Shown here one piece after another: positions 29,095-41,025 of a DNA stretch of 64,000 nucleotides (the stretch's first letter is position 1; the number at the start of each line of letters is the position of its first letter). The DNA lies in NCBI GenBank assembly GCA_963812015.1, contig CAWETI010000003.1:288001-352000 (forward strand). The letters run 5' to 3'. The notes under the pieces were generated by a model, which worked only from the letters and a program-made list of their open reading frames with translations, was not told where the DNA came from and did no database searches. The translations under genes and the position numbers were made by a program. The stretch comes from an uncultured delta proteobacterium (GTDB lineage: Bacteria; Desulfobacterota; Desulfobaccia; Desulfobaccales; 0-14-0-80-60-11).

Positions 29095-30493
29095 CTACAT
29101 CACTACGATCGGTTCCAGCCCGTCCTTCCAGCCGTCCCACAGATAGGCGTCCAGGCGGCCCATCGCGATAACCCGAAAGGCGTAGCGGGCCTGGGCGGTG
29201 TAGAAGTCGCACAGGGGCGCCGGCGCGTCCAGGCGCCCGTTCATGGCATAGACCTCCGCCGGGCAGGGCGCCCCACAGAAGTGGCGCACCGCGCAGCGGT
29301 TGCAGGGCGCGAAGCCCTCCGTCACCCGGGTGGTTATCTGTTTGAATTGCGGGGTCGCCAGCAACTCCGGCACCGACTGCTCCCAGAGGTTGCCGCCGTG
29401 AAACTCGGTCAGGCCCAGGAATTCGCTGCACGGAGCCACCTCGCCTTTGGCGCCCACCGCAAAGAAACAGCGCCCGCCGCCGCAGGGGGAGATGTCGCAC
29501 ATCAGCCGCCGGGCTCCCGGGGCCACCAGCCCCAACAGCAGGTTGGCAAAGTTGCCGATGACCATTTTGCGCCCGGTCTCCTGAGCTCAGCGCGTAAGTC
29601 CGGTCCAGGGCCGCAAAGAAGAAGTGGGCCAACTCCGTCTGGTCCGGCATCAGGTTCCGGCCGCCCAACTGGGTGCCCCTGACCGGGTTGAGCAGGGCGT
29701 TGGTCACCCCCCGGGCATGGAAAAACTCCACCAGTTCCGGCAGGACCCGGACGTTCTCTTTGGTCACCGTGGCAATGACGTTGAGGCCGGGGTAGTCAAC
29801 CAGCTCCTCCAGGACCTTCACCGTCTGGGCGAAAACCCCGGCGCCGCCCCAGGTGCGGCGGGTGCGGTCGGCCACCTCCGGGGTGGGGCCGTCCAGGGAG
29901 AGCCCGATGCCGACGTTATGGGCCACCAGGAAGTCTTTGGCCTCTTGATCCAGCAGGGTGGCGTTGGTCTGCACCCCGAAGCGGAAGTAGTCGCCATGCT
30001 TCTCGATGCCCTGGAAGACCGCCTCCTTCGCCAGCAGGGGTTCGCTGCCGTGGAACACCAACTGGGGCCGCGCCCCCTCCGGCAGGGTGCCTTTGAAGAA
30101 ATCCTCGAGGAGGGCCAGGGACTCCATCAGGCGGGCCGGCGCCATGTGGGTCCCGGCTTTCCGGGCCTCCCGGGGCAGGTAACAGTAGCCGCAGTCCAGG
30201 TTGCAGCGTTCCGTGGGGTTAAAGTAGACCGCCGACGGCAGCAATCCGAACCGCACGTTGTTAAGGTCCGCAGCCAGACGGGCTTCTTGGGCAAGAAACA
30301 CCTGGGGCAACTCCGGCCCCAGGAGATAGTCCAGGGCCTGGTCCCGGGGGGCCAGCACCCAGAAGGCGGTGTCTGCGTTAATCAGGGCCACAAAGTCCTC
30401 GTGGCCGATCTCCAGCACGTCGAAATGGGGCCCGGCCCCGGCATTCACCGGGACTCCCGCCGGACCCCACAGAGGTGAAACTTCCTGCGCCAT
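29095..30493 (-). pseudogene. cbpB: Peptide-modifying radical SAM/SPASM enzyme (CbpB-like), split by a +1 frameshift near 29585
   Basis: CNLDCGYC, FHGSEPL, QTNATL, SLDG in first frame; SPASM cysteines (CDISPCGGGRCF, PCSEF, CNRC..FCGAPCPAE) in second frame; span 1399 nt = 3n+1. Confidence 0.85.
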
Positions 30494-30495
30494 GC

Positions 30496-30615
30496 CTACT
30501 TGGCCTTCTTGGCGTCGGCCATGAGGTAATGGGACAGGCCCACCTGATCGCCGTTGGGGGCGCAGGTGTAGCGGATGCTGATGGGTTTCACCTTACTACT
30601 CTTAGATTTCTGCAT
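30496..30615 (-). CDS. cbpA: Modified peptide precursor (CbpA-like), 39 aa
   Basis: AAGGAGG 8 nt before ATG; MQKSKSSKVKPISIRYTCAPNGDQVGLSHYLMADAKKAK; ends 2 nt before the rSAM ATG. Confidence 0.8.
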   Translation of the reverse strand: MQKSKSSKVKPISIRYTCAPNGDQVGLSHYLMADAKKAK

Positions 30616-30691
30616 ATACATGTCCTCCTTCCTCGTGTGGTTTGCCGGGGTCAAGCGAAAACCGCGACCACCGGGGTGTAAGCTCTGTGTC

Positions 30692-30752
30692 TCACGCCAA
30701 GGCGCTAAGCTCGCCAAGAATTTTTGCCTTTGCGCCTCAGCGTCTTTGCGTG
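30692..30752. repeat. 9-mer periodic palindromic repeat, family D
   Basis: cacgccaaggcgctaagctcgccaag ... ctttgcgcctcagcgtctttgcgtga. Confidence 0.6.
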
Positions 30753-30784
30753 AGCAAAATGTAGTGTGGGCACTGCCCCCCAAC

Positions 30785-30816
30785 AAAAAAAGAGTCCCAT
30801 CCCTCGGATGGAACTC
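30785..30816 (-). terminator. Intrinsic terminator, probable riboswitch expression platform
   Basis: gagttccatcc-gag-ggatgggactc followed by T7 on minus strand. Confidence 0.85.
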
Positions 30817-30860
30817 CCTTTACCATCAGGAGTAGCCGTTCATACAAACTTACAAAAACA

Positions 30861-31030
30861 CCAGGCAGGTCTTCTGGCTCTCGGATCAGCCGGAGAACGT
30901 CAGCCTTCCCACCGGGGTTTTTCCTCAGTCCCCGGCAGTGGCCGGCTTGCGCCTTAACTTTCTCCGTCCCCGATTACAGCGGCGGGACCGCCCCGGATTC
31001 ACACCGGGTTCCGGATTGCCTGGAGGTTTA
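30861..31030 (-). ncRNA. Cobalamin (B12) riboswitch
   Basis: Minus strand: ggaacccggtgtgaatccggggcggtcccgccgctgtaa...gccactg...gggaagg...agccagaagacctgcc (B12 box). Confidence 0.93.
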
Positions 31031-31201
31031 ATTTTCTGACTGAATGATTAACACGATGGTCCCGGTTTGTCAAGCCGGTGGCCTGAGCGCTCATGCTTCC
31101 CCCGGAGAGATCCGTCTCGCCGCAAATCACCTTGACAGCTCAGCCCCTTAAAGGTTATTTTTATCTTTTTAACTATATAAGCAAGATTCTGAGATTAACC
31201 T

Positions 31202-32524
31202 ATGATCAAAGCGATTCGCGGCATGCGGGATATTCTGCCGCCGGACACCGCCCGGTGGCAGTGGGTGGAGGCCGTGGCCCGGGAGGTTTTTGACCTCTAC
31301 GGCTACAAGGAGGTCCGCCTGCCCCTGCTCGAGCGCACCGAGCTCTTCGCCCGGTCCATCGGCGTCGAGACCGACATTGTGGCCAAGGAGATGTACACCT
31401 TCCCCGACCGCAAGGGCGAGTTCCTGACCCTCAGGCCCGAGGCCACCGCCTCGGTGCTCCGGGCCGTCCTGGAAAACCGCCTGGACAAAGGCGCCGGGGT
31501 CAAGAAATTCTATACCCTGGGGCCCATGTTCCGCTACGAGCGGCCCCAAAAGGGACGCTTTCGCCAGTTTTTTCAGATCAACTGCGAGGCCTACGGGGTG
31601 GAGGCGCCGGAACTGGACGTGGAAGTCATCCTGCTCCTCATGCATATCCTCAAACGGCTGCTGCCGGGGGAGATCCGCCTGCTCGTCAATTCCCTGGGCT
31701 GCCCCGACTGCCAGGTGAAGTTCAAGGCGGCCCTGGGGTTGTTCCTGATTAACAAAGAAGACCTGTGCGAGGACTGCCTGCGGCGCCGAACCACCAACCC
31801 CCTCAGGGTCCTGGACTGCAAGAGCGCCAACTGCCAGGCGATTTTGCAGAATGCTCCCGTGATCCGGGATTATCTCTGTCCCGATTGCGCCGCCCATTTT
31901 AGCCGGGTGCTGGAGCTGTTGGACCGGTTCAACGTGGCTTACGTGGTCCAGCCCAAGCTGGTCCGGGGTCTGGATTACTACACCCGCACCGCCTTCGAAG
32001 TGGCGGCCCTGGGGTTAGGGGCCCAGGACGCGGTGGCCGGGGGCGGGCGCTACAACGGCCTGGCCAAGGAACTGGGCGGCCCGGATCTGCCCGCCATCGG
32101 TTTCGCCATCGGGGAGGACCGCCTCTTGGAGGTGCTGCCCCAGGATTTCGGTCAGGACCTGCGGCCCCGGGTCTTTGTAGCGGCCCTGGGGGAGGCGGCC
32201 CGGGAGCGGGCCTTCACCGTGGTCCAGGAGTTGCGCCGCAAAAACCTGGCCGGGGAGATGGATTTCGAGGGTCGGTCCCTCAAGGCCCAGATGTCCCTGG
32301 CGGACCGCCTGAACGCGGCCTATGTGGTCATCATGGGGGACAAGGAACTGGAGACGGGCGCGGCCCAGGTTCGCCCCATGCGGAATTTTTCTCGCCAGGC
32401 GGGGGAAACGGCCAAGCCGGCGGATGCCGAGGCCGGGCGGCCGCCGGTGGAACAGGCGAAGGTGCGGTTTGAGGACCTGGTGGATTATTTAGCCGGGAAA
32501 ATTCGCCAGCCAGAAGGCCCTTGA
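31202..32524 (+). CDS. hisS: Histidine-tRNA ligase
   Basis: IRGMRD, LRPEATAS, FRYERPQKGRFRQF, LVRGLDYY, GGGRY. Confidence 0.97.
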   Translation: MIKAIRGMRDILPPDTARWQWVEAVAREVFDLYGYKEVRLPLLERTELFARSIGVETDIVAKEMYTFPDRKGEFLTLRPEATASVLRAVLENRLDKGAGVKKFYTLGPMFRYERPQKGRFRQFFQINCEAYGVEAPELDVEVILLLMHILKRLLPGEIRLLVNSLGCPDCQVKFKAALGLFLINKEDLCEDCLRRRTTNPLRVLDCKSANCQAILQNAPVIRDYLCPDCAAHFSRVLELLDRFNVAYVVQPKLVRGLDYYTRTAFEVAALGLGAQDAVAGGGRYNGLAKELGGPDLPAIGFAIGEDRLLEVLPQDFGQDLRPRVFVAALGEAARERAFTVVQELRRKNLAGEMDFEGRSLKAQMSLADRLNAAYVVIMGDKELETGAAQVRPMRNFSRQAGETAKPADAEAGRPPVEQAKVRFEDLVDYLAGKIRQPEGP

Positions 32525-32605
32525 TGATCAGGTTGCCAGGCAAGGGGCTCGAACTTAGCGGTTTAAAGTCCCCCTTTTTTAAAGGGGGAAAGAAGGGAAT
32601 ACAAC

Positions 32606-34390
32606 GTGTTTGATTCGCTTGAAGGGTTACAGCGCAGTCATTCCTGCAATGTGCTCAGGGCCGCGGACAACGGCATCGAAGTGGTGCTCATGGGCTGGGT
32701 GCAGCGTCGGCGTGACCACGGCGGGCTCATCTTTGTGGACCTGCGGGACCGGGAGGGGCTGACCCAGGTGGTCTTCAACCCCGAAATCAATCCCGACACC
32801 CACGTCAAGGCCGGGGTGCTACGGGATGAGTACGTCATCGCGGTGCGGGGCCTGGTGAACCTCCGGCCGCCGGAGATGGTCAACCCGAATCTGCCCACCG
32901 GGGAGATCGAGGTATTGGTTTCAGAGCTGCGCATTTTGAACGCCGCCAAGACCCCCCCCTTCGAGTTGGAAGACTACAAGGTGGACATCTCCGAGGCCCT
33001 GCGGTTGAAATACCGTTACCTGGACCTCAGACGCCCCAGCGTCATGAAGAACCTCATCTTCCGGCACCATGCCGCCCAGGTGGCCCGCCAGTTTCTCAAT
33101 GGCCAGGGTTTCATCGAGGTGGAGACTCCCATCCTCACCAAGAGCACCCCGGAGGGGGCCCGGGACTACCTGGTGCCCAGCCGGGTGCAGCCGGGGCAAT
33201 TTTTCGCCCTGCCCCAGTCGCCCCAGCTCTTCAAGCAGCTCTTGATGATGGCCGGCCTGGACCGCTACTATCAATTGTGCCGTTGTTTCCGGGACGAGGA
33301 TTTGCGGGCCGACCGTCAGCCCGAGTTCACCCAGATCGACATGGAGATGGCCTTCATCACCGAAGCCGACGTCTACCGAGTGGTGGAGGGGTTGATTGCC
33401 TCACTGTTCAGGGAATTGAAGGGCGTGGAGTTGACGCTCCCCTTTCCCCGCCTGACCTACCAGGAATGTATGGACCGCTTCGGGCTGGACCGGCCGGAAA
33501 CCCGCTTTGGGCTGGAGCTCCATGACGTCACCGACCTGATCCAGGAGACCGAATTCCGCCAGTTCCGGGAGGTGGTGGACCAGGGGGGGGTCGTCAAGGC
33601 CATCAACGGCCCGGGATTGAGCAAGCTCACCCGGAAGGACCTGGACGGGCTCATCGACCTGGCCGGGGTCTACGGGGCCCGGGGCCTGGCCTGGGTGAAA
33701 ATCCAGAGCGACGGGGCCTGGCAGTCGCCCCTGGCCAAGTACTTTCCCGCCGGGGCCAAGGCGGCCATCAACGGGCGCCTGGAAGCCGAGGCGGGCGACC
33801 TGCTCCTGTTTGTCGCCGATGCCCCCTCGGTGGCTTGCACCGCCATGGGGCAGGTCAGGCTCAATTTGGGCGAGCGGGAAGGGCTGATCCCCGAGGACAC
33901 CTACCATCTGACGTGGGTCGCCGATTTTCCCCTGCTGGAGTATGACAACGAGGCGGGCCGCTTTGCCGCCATGCACCACCCCTTTACCGCCCCGAAGGAG
34001 GAAGACATCCCCCTCCTGGCCACCGACCCGGGGAAGGTAAGGGCTCGGGCCTATGACCTGGTGCTCAACGGCACGGAGATCGGCGGGGGCAGCATTCGCA
34101 TCAACCGCCGGGATATTCAGCAGCAGGTCTTTCAGGCGCTGAACATCTCCCCGGCGGAAGCGGAAGAAAAATTCGGCTTTCTGCTGGAGGCCCTGGATTA
34201 CGGGGCGCCGCCTCACGGAGGCGTGGCTTTCGGGTTCGACCGCCTGGTGGCGATCCTCTGCGGGGCCAAATCCATCCGGGAGGTGATCGCCTTCCCCAAG
34301 ACCCAGAAGGCCGCCTGCCTGGTGACCAGGGCCCCGTCCCCGGTGGACCCGGAGCAGTTGCTGGAGTTGGGTTTGAGGCTGGAAAAATAG
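32606..34390 (+). CDS. aspS: Aspartate-tRNA ligase (likely non-discriminating: RDHGG, NPN)
   Basis: RRDHGGLIFVDLRD, YRYLDLR, ALPQSPQ, FRDEDLRADRQPEFTQ, PPHGG. Confidence 0.97.
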   Translation: MFDSLEGLQRSHSCNVLRAADNGIEVVLMGWVQRRRDHGGLIFVDLRDREGLTQVVFNPEINPDTHVKAGVLRDEYVIAVRGLVNLRPPEMVNPNLPTGEIEVLVSELRILNAAKTPPFELEDYKVDISEALRLKYRYLDLRRPSVMKNLIFRHHAAQVARQFLNGQGFIEVETPILTKSTPEGARDYLVPSRVQPGQFFALPQSPQLFKQLLMMAGLDRYYQLCRCFRDEDLRADRQPEFTQIDMEMAFITEADVYRVVEGLIASLFRELKGVELTLPFPRLTYQECMDRFGLDRPETRFGLELHDVTDLIQETEFRQFREVVDQGGVVKAINGPGLSKLTRKDLDGLIDLAGVYGARGLAWVKIQSDGAWQSPLAKYFPAGAKAAINGRLEAEAGDLLLFVADAPSVACTAMGQVRLNLGEREGLIPEDTYHLTWVADFPLLEYDNEAGRFAAMHHPFTAPKEEDIPLLATDPGKVRARAYDLVLNGTEIGGGSIRINRRDIQQQVFQALNISPAEAEEKFGFLLEALDYGAPPHGGVAFGFDRLVAILCGAKSIREVIAFPKTQKAACLVTRAPSPVDPEQLLELGLRLEK

Positions 34391-34397
34391 CGGAGGA

Positions 34398-34580
34398 TTT
34401 TGGGGGAGGAGGCTAAGGGCAAAAGCCCTTACCCCCTCCCCCAAGCCCCCACCCCCAATCCCTTAAGTTATGTTTGCCAGGAATGTCAGGGCTGTAAGCC
34501 TCGACATTCCTGGCCCATACAGGGTTGGGAGGGGGGTGTGGGGGGAGGGCAGGGACTTGAGTCCCTGGCCCTCCTCCCAC
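34398..34580. repeat. REP-like repeat, family A, with about 50 nt inside the central hairpin
   Basis: gggggaggag...ccctccccc, cccaatccctta...tacagggttgggagggggtgtgggggga. Confidence 0.65.
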
Positions 34581-34606
34581 AAAAAAAATATTACGGATGG
34601 CACATT

Positions 34607-36436
34607 ATGTCTCGTTGGAACAAAGAACGCCGGTTATTGGATCATGAGCACTCCACTTTTTGGCATCATCGCTTGCAGGAGGTGGAAGAGCCCAATCTGA
34701 TGCGGAACATCTTCCCGTATACGGAAGTGGCCCGCATCGACTTCGACTACAAGTTCGTCATGCCCCAGCCCCCGGAGCAGATGTTGCTCACCGACACCAC
34801 CTTCCGGGATGGGCAACAGGCCCGGCCGCCTTACACCGTGCGCCAGATCGTGGATATCTTCGACCTGCTCCACCGCCTGTCGGGTCCTAAGGGCATCGTC
34901 CGCCAGACCGAGTTTTTCCTTTACAGCGCCAAGGACAAAGAGGCCGTGCAGCAATGCCGGGAGCGGGGATATGAATTTCCGCAAATTACCGGCTGGATTC
35001 GGGCCCACGCCTCTGACCTGGCCCTGGTGAAAGAGCTGGGCCTCCCCGAAACCGGCATCCTCACCTCGGTGTCCGATTACCACATCTTTTTAAAGCTGAA
35101 GTGGGACCGGCGGAAGGCCATGGAAGACTACCTGGGCATCGTCAAGGCGGCCCTGGAGCAGGGTATCGCCCCCCGGTGCCATTTCGAGGACGTCACCCGG
35201 GCCGACGTCTACGGCTTTTGCGTCCCCTTCGCCATCGAGCTGATGAAGCTCAGGGAAGAAAGCGGCATCGACATCAAACTGCGGCTGTGCGACACCATGG
35301 GCTACGGGGTGCCTTATCCCGGCGCCGCCCTGCCCCGGAGCGTGCCCAAGCTGGTGCGGGCCATGATTGACGATGCCGGCGTGCCGGGCCATCTCCTGGA
35401 ATGGCATGGGCACAACGACTTCCACAAAGTTCTGGTCAATAGCGTCACCGCCTGGCTTTACGGCTGCGGCGCGGTGAACGGGGCGCTGTTGGGATTCGGG
35501 GAGCGCACCGGCAACGCCCCCATCGAGGGCATGCTGATCGAGTATATTTCTCTCCGGGGCGCCACCGACGGCATTGACACCACGGTGATCTCGGAGATCG
35601 CCGAGTATTTCGAGCGGGAGTTGCGTTATCACATTCCGCCCAGTTATCCCTTTGTGGGGCAAAACTTCAACAACACCAGCGCCGGCATCCATGCGGACGG
35701 GCTCCTCAAGAACGAAGAGATTTACAACGCCTTTGATACGGGCAAGATCCTCAACCGGCCTATCCGGATCACCATTACCGACAAGTCGGGCAAGGCCGGC
35801 ATCGTCCATTGGATCAATACCCGCCTGAAACTGGACGGCGATCGGGCGGTGGACAAGAACACTCCCGGGGTGGCGAAGATCTTCAATCGCATTATGGAAA
35901 TGTATGAGTCCGGCCGGTGCACCTCCATCTCAGACGAAGAGATGGAAAAGCTGGCCCGCCGCTACCTCTCCGAGTTTTTTGTCTCGGAGTTCGACGAGCT
36001 CAAGCAAAAGGCCTACAAACTGGCGGCCCACCTGGCGGCGGACCTGGCCTTGTCGGAAGATATCCGGTCCATGGACCCGGCCCGGATGGAGCCGGTCCTC
36101 CAGAAGGCCCTGGACGTCTTCCCCTTCACCCAGTTCATGTATGTCGTCAATCTGGACGGGCGCAAGATCACCCGGAATATCACCCACATCGTCGACCGGG
36201 CTAAATATGCCGAAATGAAATTGGATGAGGACCAATCCAACCGCACCTGGTTTATCGAGCCCATCAAGAGCGGCAAGGTGTTCGTCTCGGACTTCTACAC
36301 CTCCCGGTTTACCGGCGCCCTGTGCATCACCGTCAGCGTGCCGGTGCGCAATGACGCCGATGAAATCCAGGGCATTTTGGGCATGGACATCCGCTTCGAA
36401 GCCCTGGCCAAGATGGAGCAAGAAGGGGAGATTTAA
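34607..36436 (+). CDS. DRE-TIM metallolyase, Re-citrate synthase-like, with C-terminal Cache/PDC-like domain
   Basis: DTTFRDGQQ, CHFED, HGHNDF, GERTGN; C-term VSDFYTSRFTGALCITVSVPV...GILGMDI; start at ATG 34607. Confidence 0.8.
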   Translation: MSRWNKERRLLDHEHSTFWHHRLQEVEEPNLMRNIFPYTEVARIDFDYKFVMPQPPEQMLLTDTTFRDGQQARPPYTVRQIVDIFDLLHRLSGPKGIVRQTEFFLYSAKDKEAVQQCRERGYEFPQITGWIRAHASDLALVKELGLPETGILTSVSDYHIFLKLKWDRRKAMEDYLGIVKAALEQGIAPRCHFEDVTRADVYGFCVPFAIELMKLREESGIDIKLRLCDTMGYGVPYPGAALPRSVPKLVRAMIDDAGVPGHLLEWHGHNDFHKVLVNSVTAWLYGCGAVNGALLGFGERTGNAPIEGMLIEYISLRGATDGIDTTVISEIAEYFERELRYHIPPSYPFVGQNFNNTSAGIHADGLLKNEEIYNAFDTGKILNRPIRITITDKSGKAGIVHWINTRLKLDGDRAVDKNTPGVAKIFNRIMEMYESGRCTSISDEEMEKLARRYLSEFFVSEFDELKQKAYKLAAHLAADLALSEDIRSMDPARMEPVLQKALDVFPFTQFMYVVNLDGRKITRNITHIVDRAKYAEMKLDEDQSNRTWFIEPIKSGKVFVSDFYTSRFTGALCITVSVPVRNDADEIQGILGMDIRFEALAKMEQEGEI

Positions 36437-36829
36437 GGGGCGTCGAGTTCCGGTTTTTCGTCTCATCAATCAGGGCGCCCCCGGCGGGCGCCCTTTGTTT
36501 CTCTGCCGCCCCCTCCTCCACGTTCCACGCTTGTAAGAAAATTTTTGACAAGAAATTCAGGAAATCTCTGATATGTAACGGCCCGCGGGTCGGATAAGCT
36601 AATTTGGGGTAGGTATTCTCGAAAGATTTTTTCCCTTGTGCGAAATTTCACGATGAGGTAAGGTTGCACCCATCTTATAACCCCTGATGTTTGATACCAT
36701 TTCACGTTAACATGCTGCAAACTGAACTTTAAGTTCTTGATATTTCTATTAACTGAAAACCGATAACTGAAAACCGAAAACGCGATAAGATAAGCGGCCC
36801 ACGCATCTACCGGAGAGGGAGGACAGTGC

Positions 36830-38506
36830 ATGTCTGACAAAGAGCAGTTGGAACGCATCAAAGAGGCCAAGGTCAAATATGATGAACGGGTGTCCAAGGT
36901 GTTGCAAAAGATGCCGGAACGCAAGGCCGATTTTGCCAATACCTCCGGCATCCCCGTCAATCGGGTTTATACTCCCCTGGACATGGCAGAGTTCGACTAC
37001 CTGAAACAGTTGGGTATGCCCGGCGCCTATCCCTATACCCGGGCGGTACAGCCCACCGCCTATCGCGGCCGCTTCTGGACCATGCGCCAGTATGCCGGCT
37101 TCGCCACCGCCGAGGAGACCAACGAGCGCTACCATTTCCTCTTGAAATCCGGGCAGACCGGCCTGTCGGTGGCCTTCGACCTCCCCACCCAGATCGGCTA
37201 TGATTCCGATCACCCCCTGGCCCAGGGGGAAGTGGGCAAAGTCGGGGTGTGTATCGACTCCCTGTGGGACATGGAGAGGTTGTTCCAGGGCATTCCCCTG
37301 GACCAGGTGTCCACTTCCATGACCATCAATTCGCCCTGCGCCGTCATCATGGCCATGTACCTGGCGGTGGCCGAGAAGCAAGGGGTGCCCTTCGATAAAC
37401 TGCGGGGCACCGTGCAAAACGACATCCTCAAAGAGTATCCGGCCCGGGGCACCTATATCTTTGCCCCCCGGCCCTCCATGCGCCTCATCACCGATATCTT
37501 TGCCTACTGCACCAAGGAAGTGCCCCAGTGGAACACCATCAGCATCAGCGGCTACCACATCCGGGAAGCCGGCTCCACCGCGGTGCAGGAAGTCGCCTTC
37601 ACCCTGGCCAACGGCATCGCCTACGTGGAGGCCGCCATCCAGGCCGGCATGAAGGTGGATGAGTTCGGGCCCCGGCTCTCCTTCTTCTTCAACGCCCACT
37701 CCGATTTCCTGGAAGAAGTGGCCAAATATCGGGCCGCCCGCCGCCTGTGGGCCAAGATCATGAAAGAGCGCTTCAACGCCCAGGACCCCAGGTCCATGAT
37801 GCTCCGCTTCCATACCCAGACCGCCGGCTGCTCCCTGACGGCCCAGCAGCCCCTCAATAACATCATGCGGGTGGCCTTCCAGGCCATGAGCGCCGTGCTG
37901 GGCGGCACCCAGTCCCTGCACACCAACTCTTATGACGAGGCCCTGGCCCTGCCCTCCGAACTGGCGGTCCAGGTGGCGCTGCGCAGCCAGCAGGTGGTTG
38001 CCTATGAGACCAACGTCTGCGATACCATCGACCCCCTGGCGGGTTCCTACTACGTCGAAAACCTCACCGACGCCATCGAGGCCCGGGCCCAGGAGTACAT
38101 CGACCAGATCGACCGCATGGGCGGCGCCGTGGCTGCCATCGAAAAGGGCTTCATCCAGAAAGAGATCGGCGCCAGCGCCTACAAGTTCCAGAAGGAGATC
38201 GAAAAAGGCGAGCGCATCATCGTGGGCCTGAACCGCTTCCAGACGGTGGAAGAAAAGCTCACCGGCCTGCTCAAGGTTGACCCGGCGGTGGGAGAGAAAC
38301 AAAATGCCGGCTTGCGGGAACTGAAGAACACCCGGGACAACGCCGCCGTCCAACAGGCCCTAACGGCCCTCAAGACCGCGGCTGAAGGCACCGACAATCT
38401 CATGCCTCCCATCCTCAAGGCGGTCCAGGCCCTGGCCACCCTGGGCGAGGTCTGCGACACCCTCCGGGGCGTCTTCGGCGAATACGAAGCCCCGGCGCTG
38501 GTGTGA
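36830..38506 (+). CDS. Methylmalonyl-CoA mutase, large substrate-binding subunit
   Basis: [50 protein letters not shown]; Tyr/Arg at the specificity positions. Confidence 0.93.
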   Translation: MSDKEQLERIKEAKVKYDERVSKVLQKMPERKADFANTSGIPVNRVYTPLDMAEFDYLKQLGMPGAYPYTRAVQPTAYRGRFWTMRQYAGFATAEETNERYHFLLKSGQTGLSVAFDLPTQIGYDSDHPLAQGEVGKVGVCIDSLWDMERLFQGIPLDQVSTSMTINSPCAVIMAMYLAVAEKQGVPFDKLRGTVQNDILKEYPARGTYIFAPRPSMRLITDIFAYCTKEVPQWNTISISGYHIREAGSTAVQEVAFTLANGIAYVEAAIQAGMKVDEFGPRLSFFFNAHSDFLEEVAKYRAARRLWAKIMKERFNAQDPRSMMLRFHTQTAGCSLTAQQPLNNIMRVAFQAMSAVLGGTQSLHTNSYDEALALPSELAVQVALRSQQVVAYETNVCDTIDPLAGSYYVENLTDAIEARAQEYIDQIDRMGGAVAAIEKGFIQKEIGASAYKFQKEIEKGERIIVGLNRFQTVEEKLTGLLKVDPAVGEKQNAGLRELKNTRDNAAVQQALTALKTAAEGTDNLMPPILKAVQALATLGEVCDTLRGVFGEYEAPALV

Positions 38507-38589
38507 GGAGTTAAAATGAATTTGGGAGAGGGGGCCAGGGGCGGATGGCCCCTGCCCCCTCTCCCAAACCCTTGTATGTTAAAGGGAAC

Positions 38590-39742
<1,153 letters not shown>

Positions 39743-39848
39743 CATCTAACACAGTCGCTCTCCCCCAACCCCTTACAAGGGGTGGGAGAATAACTTGAGA
39801 GAGAATAGGAAGTAATGTATCCCCCTACGCAATGAGCCTCGTTCTTTT

Positions 39849-39885
39849 CCCCTCTCCCCTGGGGGAGAGGGTCAGGGTGAGGGGG
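39849..39885. repeat. Palindromic repeat family E (ccctctccc...gggagagggtcagggtgagggg)
   Basis: Second copy at 40527-40561. Confidence 0.65.
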
Positions 39886-39961
39886 AAGAAATCGATGGCG
39901 CAGGCGTCTCGCCTGTGTTCAAAATAAAAGTAGTGCGAGCCTTGCACAAGGAGAAAGAACA

Positions 39962-40366
39962 ATGCCGGAAGAAAGAAAGATCAGGGTTTTGGCCGCCAAG
40001 CCCGGGTTGGATGGGCATGATCGGGGCATTAAAGTCATCTGCGCGGCCTTGCGGGATGCCGGCATGGAAGTGATATACACCGGCCTCAGGCAGACCCCGG
40101 AGCAGATCGTTGCGGCCGCCCTCCAGGAAGACGCGGATGTCATCGCCATGAGCGTGCTTTCCGGAGCCCATAACTACCTCTTTCCCCGGGTCATGGCCCT
40201 GGTGAAAGAAAAAGGCATCAATGATGTCCTGGTGATGGGCGGCGGCATCATTCCCGATGAGGATATTCCGGCTTTGAAGCACGTCGGTATCGCCGCCATC
40301 TTTGGCCCCGGCACCGAGACGGGCGACATCATCGGCTTTATCCGGGAAAACGTCCGGAAAAACTGA
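39962..40366 (+). CDS. Methylmalonyl-CoA mutase, cobalamin-binding subunit
   Basis: [10 protein letters not shown] (DxHxxG), SVLSGAH, GGGIIP, FGPGT. Confidence 0.95.
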   Translation: MPEERKIRVLAAKPGLDGHDRGIKVICAALRDAGMEVIYTGLRQTPEQIVAAALQEDADVIAMSVLSGAHNYLFPRVMALVKEKGINDVLVMGGGIIPDEDIPALKHVGIAAIFGPGTETGDIIGFIRENVRKN

Positions 40367-40989
40367 TCAAGGAAAATCTAGGGGGCGCCCCGCGCCCCCT
40401 CGTCAATTTTAGGCATCCAGTGGCATAGGCCTCCGGCCTGGGCCTGTGGTGTTTCGTAGGGGCGGACCCAGGTGTCCGCCCTTTTTTCTGGCTTATAGGA
40501 AATGCCCAAAGTCCCTTCCTTTATTTCCCTCTCCCCTTGCGAGAGGGTCAAGTGAGGGGGGATTTTCACTACCAGGCCGCCTCCCAGGACTCTGCCCATC
40601 CCCGGCTCAAGGGCCGGGTTTTAATCCGGGAAGAATAATTGCATATATTGGCAAGTAACCTGCTATCCATGCATTGCTCTTTCCATCCAAATTTTATTGC
40701 CTGCTGGCCCATTACCATTCCCGGCGGTGGTATGTGCATGGAGCTTCGGCTTTTCCTCTATCACACCATTATCGGGCGGCGCTTTCCTGGAGTTCTTAAG
40801 GTCCACCGCATTGAGGTATCCGAGTTCTGTTGGGCAGGTGTGCCAATTTTCTGCAAAAATTACCATGTCCGGCTGATTGGTTGGCAAATTCATGGAAGTT
40901 TATGCTACCATCGCTGTCGTTAGAATATTCTGCTAAAAAAGAGGAAGCTTGTCGGAGTTAGACTCGTTGAGAGTGCTCCCCAAAACCGT

Positions 40990-41025
40990 TTTTTAACTGC
41001 GTTGGGCAAGACTGCTGCATAATCT
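40990..41025 (+). promoter_or_regulatory. 36-nt upstream motif shared with 58365-58400 (minus strand)
   Basis: 31/36 identical to the reverse complement of 58365-58400; ends in CATAAT. Confidence 0.6.

Noticed and set aside
34400..34606. N-terminal extension of the Re-citrate synthase-like ORF
   Set aside because: Reads through a family A repeat; the plausible start is ATG 34607
36440..36829. Possible second cobalamin riboswitch upstream of the mutase
   Set aside because: No B12-box motifs; only AT-rich promoter-like DNA and a heptamer array
36830..38506. Possible isobutyryl- or hydroxyisobutyryl-CoA mutase
   Set aside because: RQYAGF tyrosine and the arginine in KEYPARGT match methylmalonyl-CoA specificity
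38573..38585. Weak sub-terminal inverted repeat suggesting an IS1111-type element
   Set aside because: The long non-coding end is upstream of the transposase and the donor resembles IS621, fitting the IS110 group; the short similarity overlaps the promoter and donor sequences
40663..40893. 76-aa minus-strand ORF
   Set aside because: No clear RBS or recognisable domain; cannot be supported without a homology search
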